From: a bacterium
GTDB taxonomy: Bacteria; Patescibacteriota; Patescibacteriia; JACQRZ01
Reading direction: 5' to 3'
DNA: 64,000 nt
Assembly: GCA_030688365.1 (NCBI GenBank)
Contig: JAUYIE010000018.1
Location: 33,973 to 97,972, forward strand
Shown here: one piece after another, positions 19,366 to 28,338 of the stretch
Numbering within the stretch: position 1 is the stretch's first letter
Layout: the number at the start of each line of letters is the position of its first letter
Notes under the pieces: generated by a model
Databases searched by the model: none
Told to the model about the DNA's origin: nothing
Seen by the model: only the letters and a program-made list of their open reading frames with translations
Position numbers and translations under genes: made by a program

Positions 19366-19758
19366 TTAATGTATTTCGCATAACACTTCACCGCCCACGC
19401 CTGCATGTTTTGCTTGTGAATTGGTCATAATCCCATGGGAAGTTGAAATGATTGCAAGGCCAATGTTATTACGAACCACGGGCATATCTCCGGCTTTTGC
19501 ATATACACGACAACCCGGCGTACTCACTCTCTGAATTGATCGTATGGCAGGCACACGCCCTGACAAGTACCGCAAAGTAATCACCAATGTACGCTGTACG
19601 CTTGCTTCCTCAACACTGACATCCTCAATATACCCTTCGTCTTTCATGACGCGAGCAATTTCTTTTTTGAGTTGAGAAAAAGGAATACGCACCGTGACTT
19701 TGTTCACGGCTGTTGCATTTCTTATTCTCGTTAACATGTCTGCGATTGGATCTGTCAT
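19366..19758 (-). CDS. rpsH: 30S ribosomal protein S8
   Basis: MTDPIADMLTRIRNA, GGEVLCEI. Confidence 0.98.
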   Translation of the reverse strand: MTDPIADMLTRIRNATAVNKVTVRIPFSQLKKEIARVMKDEGYIEDVSVEEASVQRTLVITLRYLSGRVPAIRSIQRVSTPGCRVYAKAGDMPVVRNNIGLAIISTSHGIMTNSQAKHAGVGGEVLCEIH

Positions 19759-19785
19759 AATACTTGAAAAAATTAATGGGGCGCG

Positions 19786-19980
19786 TTACCAACTACTGCG
19801 TGTTATACCCGGAATGCTACCTTGTGATGCAAGCTCTCGGAAGCAAATACGGCAGAGTTGAAAATCACGCATATACCCATGACCGCGCCCACAACGAAAA
19901 CAGCGACGTACTACCCGAGTAGAGTACTTAGGTTTGATCAGTGAGCGTTGTGATTTTACGAGCTGTGCTTCTGTTGCCAT
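19786..19980 (-). CDS. rpsN: 30S ribosomal protein S14 (Zn-binding type)
   Basis: RCFRCGR...LCRICFRE...SSW. Confidence 0.96.
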   Translation of the reverse strand: MATEAQLVKSQRSLIKPKYSTRVVRRCFRCGRGHGYMRDFQLCRICFRELASQGSIPGITRSSW

Positions 19981-19988
19981 ATGGATAT

Positions 19989-20528
19989 TTATTCTTTAAA
20001 AGGAAATCCTAATGCTGTAAACAGCGCTAACCCTTCTTCTTTATTGTGTGCTGTTGTTGTAATAGTCACTTCCAGACCGTGCAATCGCTCTAATTCATCA
20101 GACCGTATTTCTGGAAATGCAGCATTTTCTTTAAACCCAATACTCATATTACCATGCGCATCCACATATTTTTTATCAATTCCACGGAAATCACGGACGC
20201 GGGGCAATGTCATACTAACCAGCTTGTCTAAGAAATCATACATACGCGCCTTGCGCAATGTAACTGACATCCCCACCACCATACCTTGTCGTATTTTGAA
20301 ACCCGCAATGGATTTTTTGGCTTTGTTACGGACTGGTTTTTGTCCGCTAATGGCGGATAAAGAACTTTCTGCTGTTTCAATAAACGCAGGATCTTTTGCT
20401 ACTCTTCCTAGTCCGATATTGAGCGTGATCTTCGAGATCTGCGGTACTTGATGAAGATTGCCAAAACTAAACTGCTTCATCAAGGCAGGCACCACTGTTT
20501 CTTTATATTGTTGAAAAAGTTTAGCCAT
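19989..20528 (-). CDS. rplE: 50S ribosomal protein L5
   Basis: ISGQKP, LPRVRDFRG. Confidence 0.97.
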   Translation of the reverse strand: MAKLFQQYKETVVPALMKQFSFGNLHQVPQISKITLNIGLGRVAKDPAFIETAESSLSAISGQKPVRNKAKKSIAGFKIRQGMVVGMSVTLRKARMYDFLDKLVSMTLPRVRDFRGIDKKYVDAHGNMSIGFKENAAFPEIRSDELERLHGLEVTITTTAHNKEEGLALFTALGFPFKE

Positions 20529-20531
20529 ATA

Positions 20532-20855
20532 TTAAATAAACGTTGATTTACACTTTTTACACAGGCGCTCTTTGCGTGTTTGCGCGCCCTCCCCATGGGA
20601 CACAGCATACCCTACACGGGTAGGTTTCCCACAAGAAGGACACACTAACATACCATTTGAAACTGCCATACGCGCAGGAAAATATACCTTCTGTCCGCGT
20701 TCGCCCTTTTTAGCAGGTCTTACGTGTTTTGCCAAGACATTAATCCCTTCCACGACTATTTTTTCTTGTTCAGGAAATACACGAAGTACCTTACCGGTCT
20801 TTCCGCGATCCTTACCTGCCAATACTTTAATTGTGTCGTTTTTCTTGATTTTCAT
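20532..20855 (-). CDS. rplX: 50S ribosomal protein L24
   Basis: MKIKKNDTIKVLAGKDRGK (KOW), CPSC...CKKC. Confidence 0.96.
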   Translation of the reverse strand: MKIKKNDTIKVLAGKDRGKTGKVLRVFPEQEKIVVEGINVLAKHVRPAKKGERGQKVYFPARMAVSNGMLVCPSCGKPTRVGYAVSHGEGAQTRKERLCKKCKSTFI

Positions 20856-20859
20856 ATAG

Positions 20860-21231
20860 TTATAATACTTCCGGAGCAAGAGAAATAATTTTGGTAAAAC
20901 CTTTCCCGCGTAATTCACGGGCAATAGGCCCAAAAATACGCGTACCACGTGGCTCCTTTGATTTTTTATCAATGATTACCACTGCATTTTCATCAAAACG
21001 GATATAGGTACCATCTTTGCGTCCATGTTCTTTGCGAGTACGCACAATGACTGCATGACATACTTCTCCTTTTTTGACCCCGCTTCGAGGCAATGCTTCT
21101 TTTATGCTCACTGTAATAATGTCACCAATATGACCATACCGCTTCTTATAACCGCCCAGCACACGAATACACTGGATGCGACGTGCACCAGAGTTATCGG
21201 CTGAAACGAGCATTGTACGGTGTTGAATCAT
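20860..21231 (-). CDS. rplN: 50S ribosomal protein L14
   Basis: ADNSGA, GTRIFGP, SLAPEVL. Confidence 0.98.
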   Translation of the reverse strand: MIQHRTMLVSADNSGARRIQCIRVLGGYKKRYGHIGDIITVSIKEALPRSGVKKGEVCHAVIVRTRKEHGRKDGTYIRFDENAVVIIDKKSKEPRGTRIFGPIARELRGKGFTKIISLAPEVL

Positions 21232-21234
21232 ATA

Positions 21235-21504
21235 TTACGGGGTAACAGTGACAGAATCAGAAGTACGGGAAAGCACACGCCATTTTTTGTGTCGAGAGAT
21301 AGGACGTGTCTCAACGAATCTAATCTTCTCTCCAACTTTGTGAAGATTTTTTTCATCATGCACATGAAATCGCTTTGACACAATATAGCGTTTGCGATAT
21401 TTAGGATGCACCGCCACGGTGTCAACACGAACAACGATAGTTTTATCCATCTTGTCGCTGACGACTACTCCCTGAAATATTCTTTTTTGTGCTTTATTTT
21501 CCAT
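21235..21504 (-). CDS. rpsQ: 30S ribosomal protein S17
   Basis: GVVVSDKMDKTIVV, ETRPISRHKKW. Confidence 0.97.
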   Translation of the reverse strand: MENKAQKRIFQGVVVSDKMDKTIVVRVDTVAVHPKYRKRYIVSKRFHVHDEKNLHKVGEKIRFVETRPISRHKKWRVLSRTSDSVTVTP

Positions 21505-21505
21505 A

Positions 21506-21709
21506 CTATTTATTATTTGCTTCTTTACTTTTTTGAGTTAAAAGAGTCAGTGATTGTGCGATCAGCTTACGCTTTTTACGAATGTCTCGCACTTTCTTTT
21601 CCTGACGTATCACCACTGCAAAACGAAGTTCACGTACCTCATCACGGCTCGTAGCAAGGACGCGCTCTATATCGTGGACTGATTGTTCTTTTAATTCATT
21701 GAATTTCAT
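21506..21709 (-). CDS. rpmC: 50S ribosomal protein L29
   Basis: 67 aa, ELRF...IRKKRKLIAQSLT; lies between rplP and rpsQ. Confidence 0.9.
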   Translation of the reverse strand: MKFNELKEQSVHDIERVLATSRDEVRELRFAVVIRQEKKVRDIRKKRKLIAQSLTLLTQKSKEANNK

Positions 21710-21718
21710 ATACCACAG

Positions 21719-22135
21719 TTATACTTTTTTTACAAACGTCGTGCGTACACATAGCTTATGTGAAGCCAAACGAAGTGCTTCTCGCGCCACTGCCTCATCA
21801 ATACCCGCCATTTCCATAATCATGGTACCAGGTCGTACAACTGTTACGTAATGGTCGACTGCACCCTTACCACCTCCCATAGTATTTTCATTACCATGAA
21901 ACGTAACCGGGCGATCAGGAAATACTCTAATCCATATCTTACCACCGCGTTTGATAGAACGTGCGACTGCGCGACGGGCAGCTTCAATCTGTCGTGCTGT
22001 TACCCATGACTCATCCAGAGATTTAAGGCCGTATTCACCGAAATTGACCTCATTGCACGACTGTGCAACGCGTCCTTTGTTTCGGCCACGTCCTCTGTTC
22101 CATTTTCTATGTTTTACTTTCTTTGGAAACAACAT
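21719..22135 (-). CDS. rplP: 50S ribosomal protein L16
   Basis: MLFPKKVKHRK, QIEAAR, WIRVFPD, MGGGKG. Confidence 0.97.
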   Translation of the reverse strand: MLFPKKVKHRKWNRGRGRNKGRVAQSCNEVNFGEYGLKSLDESWVTARQIEAARRAVARSIKRGGKIWIRVFPDRPVTFHGNENTMGGGKGAVDHYVTVVRPGTMIMEMAGIDEAVAREALRLASHKLCVRTTFVKKV

Positions 22136-22136
22136 A

Positions 22137-22784
22137 TTATTCTTCAAAAACTTCACCTTTATAAATCCACACCTTTACTCCGATAGTACCGAAAATCGTG
22201 TGGGCGACTCCTCGGCTATAATCAATGTCCGCACGAAGCGTATGCAGGGGAATTTTTCCCCACGATAATGTTTCAGATCGAGCAATCTCCGCACCATTGA
22301 GACGGCCAGAGACGTGAACTTTCACGCCTTGCGCTCCAGCTTTTTGAGCGCGATCAAGTGCTTGCTTTAATACACGACGATACGGCATACGCTTTTCAAT
22401 AGCCATTATCATTTCAAAAAGTACTAAAGCGGCATTTTGCCCTGGTTTGGTCACCTCAATGATATTGAGATTTATCAGTATCTTTTTTGATCCAAAAAAT
22501 TGTTGCTTTATCTTTTGTTTCAATTGTTCAACACCTGATCCTTGTCGACCTATAATCATACCGGGAGTAGCAGAATGAACAAAAATAGTAATTGCATTAT
22601 GTGTTCGTTCTATTTCATATTTGGCAACACCGGCATTTTTTAATTCTTTTTGCAAAAACTTTTTAATACCAAGATCCTCACGCAAGCTTTGCGCAAATTC
22701 TGCATGTCGTCGTGCAAACCATCGGGAATTCCACCCAAACAGTATACCGACACGAAAACCTTTTGGATTAACTTTATGTGACAT
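22137..22784 (-). CDS. rpsC: 30S ribosomal protein S3
   Basis: KVNPKGFRVG, SGRLNGAEIAR, GVKVWIYKGE. Confidence 0.98.
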   Translation of the reverse strand: MSHKVNPKGFRVGILFGWNSRWFARRHAEFAQSLREDLGIKKFLQKELKNAGVAKYEIERTHNAITIFVHSATPGMIIGRQGSGVEQLKQKIKQQFFGSKKILINLNIIEVTKPGQNAALVLFEMIMAIEKRMPYRRVLKQALDRAQKAGAQGVKVHVSGRLNGAEIARSETLSWGKIPLHTLRADIDYSRGVAHTIFGTIGVKVWIYKGEVFEE

Positions 22785-22785
22785 A

Positions 22786-23382
22786 TTACCCTGCTTTGCG
22801 ATTAAATATTTTCTTCATAACTCCACCTTCACCCTTCATAACTTTTTTATCCATGTGTTGCATGTGACGATGGCGACCTTCGCGACGAACATCTACCGGT
22901 TCTTGTGCATGCGATTCCTTGGCTCGTTCGGGTATTGGCACATCGACGACCTGTACTTCCGTTGCGCCCTCTGTCTTGATTGGCTCTTTGACCATTGTTG
23001 CTTCTACGGCTACCGGGGTAGTTTTCTTTGTGGTTCCTATATCTGTCTCCTTTATCGGCGCAAGAGCAACAAGAATATGACAGGAATGCTTAGCAATTGG
23101 CGCAGCACGACCAAATGCACGTGCGCGCCACCGTGATAAACTAGGTCCTTCGTTTACTCGTATACTCTTCACAAAAAGATTATCTTTACTGATTTTAAAA
23201 TTATGTTCTGCGTTTGCCACGGCGGATTCAATCAATTTACGTACAGGACGACTAGCAGCACGAGGTAACATGTGCAATTGTGCAATCGCCCGGATCGTAT
23301 TTTTTCCTCGCACAGAATCAACCACTAGGCGTACCTTGCGGGCTGACATACGTATATTGTTTGCTTCTGCGAGGACTTCCAT
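22786..23382 (-). CDS. rplV: 50S ribosomal protein L22 with long C-terminal extension
   Basis: IRMSARKVRLV, SAVANAEHN, RARAFGRA, then about 85 extra residues. Confidence 0.96.
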   Translation of the reverse strand: MEVLAEANNIRMSARKVRLVVDSVRGKNTIRAIAQLHMLPRAASRPVRKLIESAVANAEHNFKISKDNLFVKSIRVNEGPSLSRWRARAFGRAAPIAKHSCHILVALAPIKETDIGTTKKTTPVAVEATMVKEPIKTEGATEVQVVDVPIPERAKESHAQEPVDVRREGRHRHMQHMDKKVMKGEGGVMKKIFNRKAG

Positions 23383-23390
23383 ATAGTATA

Positions 23391-23678
23391 TTATTTCTTT
23401 TTACCTTCTTGTTCTTTTGCCATCTTACCGCTATGACGTACAAACTTACGCGTAGGTGAAAATTCTCCCAACTTGTGACCAACCATATTTTCTATAACAA
23501 TCACTGGAGTGTGCACTTTACCATTATGTACACCAAAGGTAAACCCAACCATTTCTGGTGTAATCACCGCGTCGCGTGCCCATGTTTTAATTACGGTTTT
23601 ATCGTTAGCCGAAAGCTTGCTGACCTTTGCCAACAATCGGTGCTCAATAAATGGTCCCTTTTTTAGACTTCGTGACAT
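23391..23678 (-). CDS. rpsS: 30S ribosomal protein S19
   Basis: [23 protein letters not shown]. Confidence 0.98.
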   Translation of the reverse strand: MSRSLKKGPFIEHRLLAKVSKLSANDKTVIKTWARDAVITPEMVGFTFGVHNGKVHTPVIVIENMVGHKLGEFSPTRKFVRHSGKMAKEQEGKKK

Positions 23679-23687
23679 AAATAATGG

Positions 23688-24521
23688 TTACTTGCGACGA
23701 GTAATAATGTATTTGCTGGACGCTTTCTTTTTCCTGCGCGTACGAACACCCAATGCAGGTTTCCCTTGCGGGGTCTTTGGATGCTTCAAACCAATTGGGT
23801 TGACACCTTCTCCACCACCGTGTGGGTGGTCAACTGGGTTCATAACCTTACCACGCACTGTTGGTCTGATACCACGCAAACGACTTCGTCCTGCCTTACC
23901 CCAACGAATCAAACGATGATCGGAATTTCCTACTTCGCCCACGGTAGCTAGACATTGCGCGTTAAACTTACGAATCTCACCGGACGGCATCTTGATCATC
24001 GCAAAATCTCCTTCTACAGACATAACTTTCGCTCCCACTCCTGCGGAACGAGCAACGATACCTCTTCCACCAGGATTCATCTCAATCGTGTTCACCATCA
24101 TACCAGAAGGAATGTATGCAAGTGGCAACCGGTTTCCTGCTTTGACTTCGGCTTTACCACGTGTTGCTATAATCATATCTCCGACCAGAATACCTGTCGG
24201 CGCAATCATATATGCTTTGAAACTGTCAGGATATTCCAAAAGTGCAAGACGAGCGGATCGATTGGGGTCGTATTCCAACGCAATAACACGCGCTTGTTGA
24301 TCTAAGCGTGTTTGTCGAGAAAAGTCAACCATTCGGTAATACTTACGTGTCCCTCCACCACGATGACGAACGGTGATTTTTCCTTGATTATTTCGACCTG
24401 ACCGTTTCTTTTTTATCACCACCAACGAGCGTTCAGGTCGCTTGTTTGTCAACATTGAAAAATCAGCAACACTGGAATGTCGACGAGCGGGTGAGGTAGG
24501 TTTGTGAATAATTACTGACAT
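23688..24521 (-). CDS. rplB: 50S ribosomal protein L2
   Basis: GRNNQGKITVRHRGGG, MNPVDHPHGGGEG. Confidence 0.98.
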   Translation of the reverse strand: MSVIIHKPTSPARRHSSVADFSMLTNKRPERSLVVIKKKRSGRNNQGKITVRHRGGGTRKYYRMVDFSRQTRLDQQARVIALEYDPNRSARLALLEYPDSFKAYMIAPTGILVGDMIIATRGKAEVKAGNRLPLAYIPSGMMVNTIEMNPGGRGIVARSAGVGAKVMSVEGDFAMIKMPSGEIRKFNAQCLATVGEVGNSDHRLIRWGKAGRSRLRGIRPTVRGKVMNPVDHPHGGGEGVNPIGLKHPKTPQGKPALGVRTRRKKKASSKYIITRRK

Positions 24522-24524
24522 ATA

Positions 24525-24836
24525 TTATGCGTAACTCAAGTCATTGATCGTTTCACCTTTTGGTAAAGAAATCGTTGCTTTTTTCCACGAAGCACGCGTC
24601 CCTTGTGTACGACCAGTACGTACGGTCTTTCCCTGATAATTTGATATCGTAACTTTCTGTGGCATCTTTCCAAAAATATTAAAAAACGCGAGTTTTACTG
24701 AAAGCTTATTTGCGTCAGGATGCACTTCAAACGTATATACACCTTTTGTTGCAAGTGTGATTGTTTTTTCTGATACATGAGGACGAAGCATCACTTCGTA
24801 ATCTCTCACTGCAAATTTTTTTGTCGGGTCTGACAT
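24525..24836 (-). CDS. rplW: 50S ribosomal protein L23
   Basis: PHVSEK, YTFEV, WKKATISL. Confidence 0.95.
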   Translation of the reverse strand: MSDPTKKFAVRDYEVMLRPHVSEKTITLATKGVYTFEVHPDANKLSVKLAFFNIFGKMPQKVTISNYQGKTVRTGRTQGTRASWKKATISLPKGETINDLSYA

Positions 24837-24839
24837 ATA

Positions 24840-25514
24840 TTATTTATTTGCAGGAAAATAAAGTGAAACGATTTCATCAATACTCGTCGCTGACATCAAT
24901 AAGTATTCTGCATGAAGCACATCTTTGATATTTAAACTTTGTGAGCCCATCATGCGGATGTACTCTAAATTTCGTGAACTACGTTGCATTGCAGAAGAAT
25001 CGCGTGGTACGACTACACCGATATGAGGGGTGCGTACTTTATCAATTGACAATGGCAATGCTTTTAAAATTTCAAATGCACGTTTTGTTTTAACAGGTGT
25101 AACATCAAAATTTTCTACTATGACCAAATGACCTTGTCTCACCTTGTCGGACAAAACACCAAACAGTGCTTTTCTCTTCACTTTTTTATTTACTTTCATT
25201 GAAAAATTTCGGTCATTACGTGGACCAAATGTAATACCACCTTTTCTCCAGATAGGAGAACGAGTTGAACCATGTCGTGCGCGTCCCGTACCTTTTTGTT
25301 TCCATGGTTTTTTTCCACCACCACTTACTTCTGCTCGTGTCTTTGTGTGAGCAAGGACTTTTCGTGCGTTTGCATCTTGTGCCACAACAACAAAATGCAC
25401 GAGTTCCTCTGGAATCGTAACATCAAAAATACGAGGGTCAAGTGTGTGAGTACCCACTACACCACCTTCGTGATTGTAGACGTTGACAGACAGTTGTTGT
25501 GTTTCGTTTGCCAT
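24840..25514 (-). CDS. rplD: 50S ribosomal protein L4
   Basis: TKTRAEVSGGGKKPWKQKGTGRARHGS. Confidence 0.98.
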   Translation of the reverse strand: MANETQQLSVNVYNHEGGVVGTHTLDPRIFDVTIPEELVHFVVVAQDANARKVLAHTKTRAEVSGGGKKPWKQKGTGRARHGSTRSPIWRKGGITFGPRNDRNFSMKVNKKVKRKALFGVLSDKVRQGHLVIVENFDVTPVKTKRAFEILKALPLSIDKVRTPHIGVVVPRDSSAMQRSSRNLEYIRMMGSQSLNIKDVLHAEYLLMSATSIDEIVSLYFPANK

Positions 25515-25517
25515 ATA

Positions 25518-26279
25518 TTATGTTTGTTTCGAAACTGTTTCATTTTCTTTTTTTTCTTCTGACGCTTCTGCTTCAGGTACTGGTGCTATGTCATTTTCTA
25601 CAGGTGTTTCTTCTATTGTGGTTTCAACTTTTTCTTCAGTAGAAACTACTTTCAAATCACCTTCACTTTTTAAAATCACGTAACTGTTGCGTGCACCAGG
25701 TACACCTCCTTTGAGATATAATATCTGTTCCTCATCATCAACGCGCAATACTTCTGCGCCTTTGATAGTAATCGTAGCATCTCCCATATGGCCACCCATG
25801 CGCATTCCTTTAAAGACACGTTGCACACCACCAGCACCGATAGAACCCGGCATACGGAGCTGATCTTTGTGACCATGAGTTGCAGGATGACCGTGAAAAC
25901 CATGTCGTTTCACCACACCCGCAAATCCTCGCCCTTTGGAAGTGCCTTTGACTGTTATATTATCGCCTGTCTCAAATGTATTAATATCAATTTGGTCTCC
26001 CTTGTTTACGTTTGCCGCTTGAGGTAAGGATACTTCCCTCACAAAACGAAAACCACGGCCTTCTTTCAGATTCCCCACACCTTTATAGTGTCCCGCTAAT
26101 GCACGAGACACACGCTTGGTATCAAACCCCATCTGAACAGCGTCATATCCATTCCGCTCTTTCGTTAAAATATTAGTAACATAACACGCCCCGACTTTGA
26201 TCGCGGTCGCGGGATGCATTTTCCCATCGTCTGTAAAAACGTGAGTCATGGCAATTTTCTTTCCAAGTATACATTTCAT
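25518..26279 (-). CDS. rplC: 50S ribosomal protein L3 with acidic C-terminal tail
   Basis: ILGKKIAMT, SKGRGFAGVVKRHGF, PGSIG. Confidence 0.97.
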   Translation of the reverse strand: MKCILGKKIAMTHVFTDDGKMHPATAIKVGACYVTNILTKERNGYDAVQMGFDTKRVSRALAGHYKGVGNLKEGRGFRFVREVSLPQAANVNKGDQIDINTFETGDNITVKGTSKGRGFAGVVKRHGFHGHPATHGHKDQLRMPGSIGAGGVQRVFKGMRMGGHMGDATITIKGAEVLRVDDEEQILYLKGGVPGARNSYVILKSEGDLKVVSTEEKVETTIEETPVENDIAPVPEAEASEEKKENETVSKQT

Positions 26280-26456
26280 ATAATGAAAGAGATCGGAAAC
26301 GCATACGTACTCCGATCTCCTATAAAGACCTGAAAAAAGTATGAGTTTTAGAAACGTATTTTTTTAATATTACTCCGTTCTTGTGTTGATCGTGCTGGCA
26401 CTGCCCTTTACAGGGGTTACCCTCATATCACCACGAGAAGTTATAACGCTCGTATC
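26280..26456 (-). promoter_or_regulatory. structured rpsJ-rplC spacer (candidate r-protein leader or attenuator)
   Basis: 177-bp spacer with a multi-stem region (26378-26439) and a 9-bp stem GAGATCGGA/TCCGATCTC followed by TTTC just before the rplC ATG. Confidence 0.5.
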
Positions 26457-26810
26457 TTACATCATTTTGATTTCAAGATCAACCCCTGCCGGTAAACTCA
26501 GATTTGTAAGCAAATCTGCTGTTTTTGGCGTAGGGTCAATAATGTCAATCAATCGCTTATGAGTCCTCATTTCATACTGATCGCGAGCGTCTTTGTGTAC
26601 AAAAGTAGACGATAAAACCGTATATTTACGCTTTTCAGTAGGTAACGGGATTGGTCCTTTGGCTGTTGCTCCACTACGTGCTACCGCGTCAATGATGGTT
26701 GCCGCAGATTGGTCTATAATTTTATGATCATAGGCACGCAATTTTATGCGAATACGAGGTTTTTCCTCTGTTTTCTCTACTTTTTCTGTTTTTTCAGTAG
26801 TTTCAGGCAT
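26457..26810 (-). CDS. rpsJ: 30S ribosomal protein S10
   Basis: [25 protein letters not shown]; start reassigned to ATG 26810. Confidence 0.97.
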   Translation of the reverse strand: MPETTEKTEKVEKTEEKPRIRIKLRAYDHKIIDQSAATIIDAVARSGATAKGPIPLPTEKRKYTVLSSTFVHKDARDQYEMRTHKRLIDIIDPTPKTADLLTNLSLPAGVDLEIKMM

Positions 26811-26820
26811 GTACTCGTGA

Positions 26821-28011
26821 TTACTTGTTGATCTTAACAACGACCCCTGCACCTACTGTCAAACCACCTTCACGAATAGCAAAGCGCTGTTTTTCTTCCA
26901 AGGCAACCGGTACGATAAGCTTTACACTCAAGTTCACTGTATCACCAGGCATCACCATTTCAGTACCTTCTGGAAGGATAACCTCACCAGTTACATCGGT
27001 AGTACGAATATAGAACTGTGGTTTATACCCTTTGAAAAATGGCTTGTGACGCCCACCTTCTTCTTTTGCCAAGATATAGACCTCTGCTTCAAATTCAGTG
27101 TGAGGGGTGACGCTACCTGGTTTTACAATAACCTGCCCGCGTTCAACATCATCTTTCTTGGTACCACGGAGAAGCAAACCGGCATTATCACCTGCACGGC
27201 CTTCATCAAGTTGCTTGTTAAACATCTCAATACCGGTAACAACTGTCTTTTGTGTATCACGAATACCGACAATTTCTACATCTTCGTTGATCTTGATAAT
27301 ACCGCGTTCAATACGACCGGTAACTACCGTACCACGACCTTCAATTGAGAAAACATCTTCAATCGGCAAAAGAAATGGCTTTTCAGTATCACGTACTGGC
27401 TCTGGAATCCATTCATCAAGGGCTTTGATAAGATCCAAAACTGGCTGTGAAGCCGTTGGATCATCTGGGTTCTCAAGAGCTTTGAGTGCAGAACCGCGAA
27501 TGATTGGTGTTTCAGCACCAGGGAATTCATATTTATTCAAAAGATCACGTACTTCCTCTTCAACAAGATCAATAAGTTCCTGGTCGGACACCATATCTAC
27601 TTTGTTCAAGAAAACAACAATGCGCGGAACACCTACTTGACGTGCCAAGAGGATATGTTCACGTGTTTGAGGCATTGGACCGTCTGTTGCTGATACTACC
27701 AAGATAGCACCATCCATCTGTGCTGCACCGGTAATCATATTTTTGATATAATCGGCGTGCCCTGGACAGTCAACATGTGCGTAGTGACGAGTTTCACTTT
27801 CGTATTCAACGTGTGCGGTGTTGATAGTAATACCGCGTGCCTTTTCTTCAGGAGCAGCATCAATTTGATCAAGACTCTTATTTTGCGCGATCATGCCATG
27901 CGCCGCAAGTACTTTTAAAATAGACGCAGTAAGAGTAGTCTTTCCGTGGTCAACGTGGCCGATCGTACCAACGTTCACGTGAGTCTTATTACGTTCAAAC
28001 TTGTCTGCCAT
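26821..28011 (-). CDS. tuf: elongation factor Tu
   Basis: [26 protein letters not shown]. Confidence 0.99.
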   Translation of the reverse strand: MADKFERNKTHVNVGTIGHVDHGKTTLTASILKVLAAHGMIAQNKSLDQIDAAPEEKARGITINTAHVEYESETRHYAHVDCPGHADYIKNMITGAAQMDGAILVVSATDGPMPQTREHILLARQVGVPRIVVFLNKVDMVSDQELIDLVEEEVRDLLNKYEFPGAETPIIRGSALKALENPDDPTASQPVLDLIKALDEWIPEPVRDTEKPFLLPIEDVFSIEGRGTVVTGRIERGIIKINEDVEIVGIRDTQKTVVTGIEMFNKQLDEGRAGDNAGLLLRGTKKDDVERGQVIVKPGSVTPHTEFEAEVYILAKEEGGRHKPFFKGYKPQFYIRTTDVTGEVILPEGTEMVMPGDTVNLSVKLIVPVALEEKQRFAIREGGLTVGAGVVVKINK

Positions 28012-28071
28012 ACTTTTTTGAATAAAAATTAAATTCCACGGGACACTTTTTAAGGCGTCGCATGATTAAAA

Positions 28072-28335
28072 TTATATAGTTTCTATACTATCATACCCCA
28101 TTGTACTGTCAATATCACCCTGTTCTTGTGCAAGACGCCATAGTGCAATATCCCGATTAATACTATCTACAATCTCGCCCTCTGTCAAGTCTTCTGACGA
28201 CAATCGGTCACGTAATAACATCCTGTACTGAGATAATGGCATAACGACAAATGCTTCATCCTCCTCTACGACGACTATTTTATCCTTTGTGGTAGAGACG
28301 ATGTCAAAAATATCTGAAGAAATATGCCGGTTCAT
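28072..28335 (-). CDS. small protein with Phd/YefM-like N-terminus, inside the str operon
   Basis: 87 aa, starts 3 nt after the fusA stop; KDKIVVVE..EAFVVMPLSQY resembles the Phd/YefM fold; LTEGEIVDSINRDIALWR helix. Confidence 0.75.
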   Translation of the reverse strand: MNRHISSDIFDIVSTTKDKIVVVEEDEAFVVMPLSQYRMLLRDRLSSEDLTEGEIVDSINRDIALWRLAQEQGDIDSTMGYDSIETI

Positions 28336-28338
28336 ATG

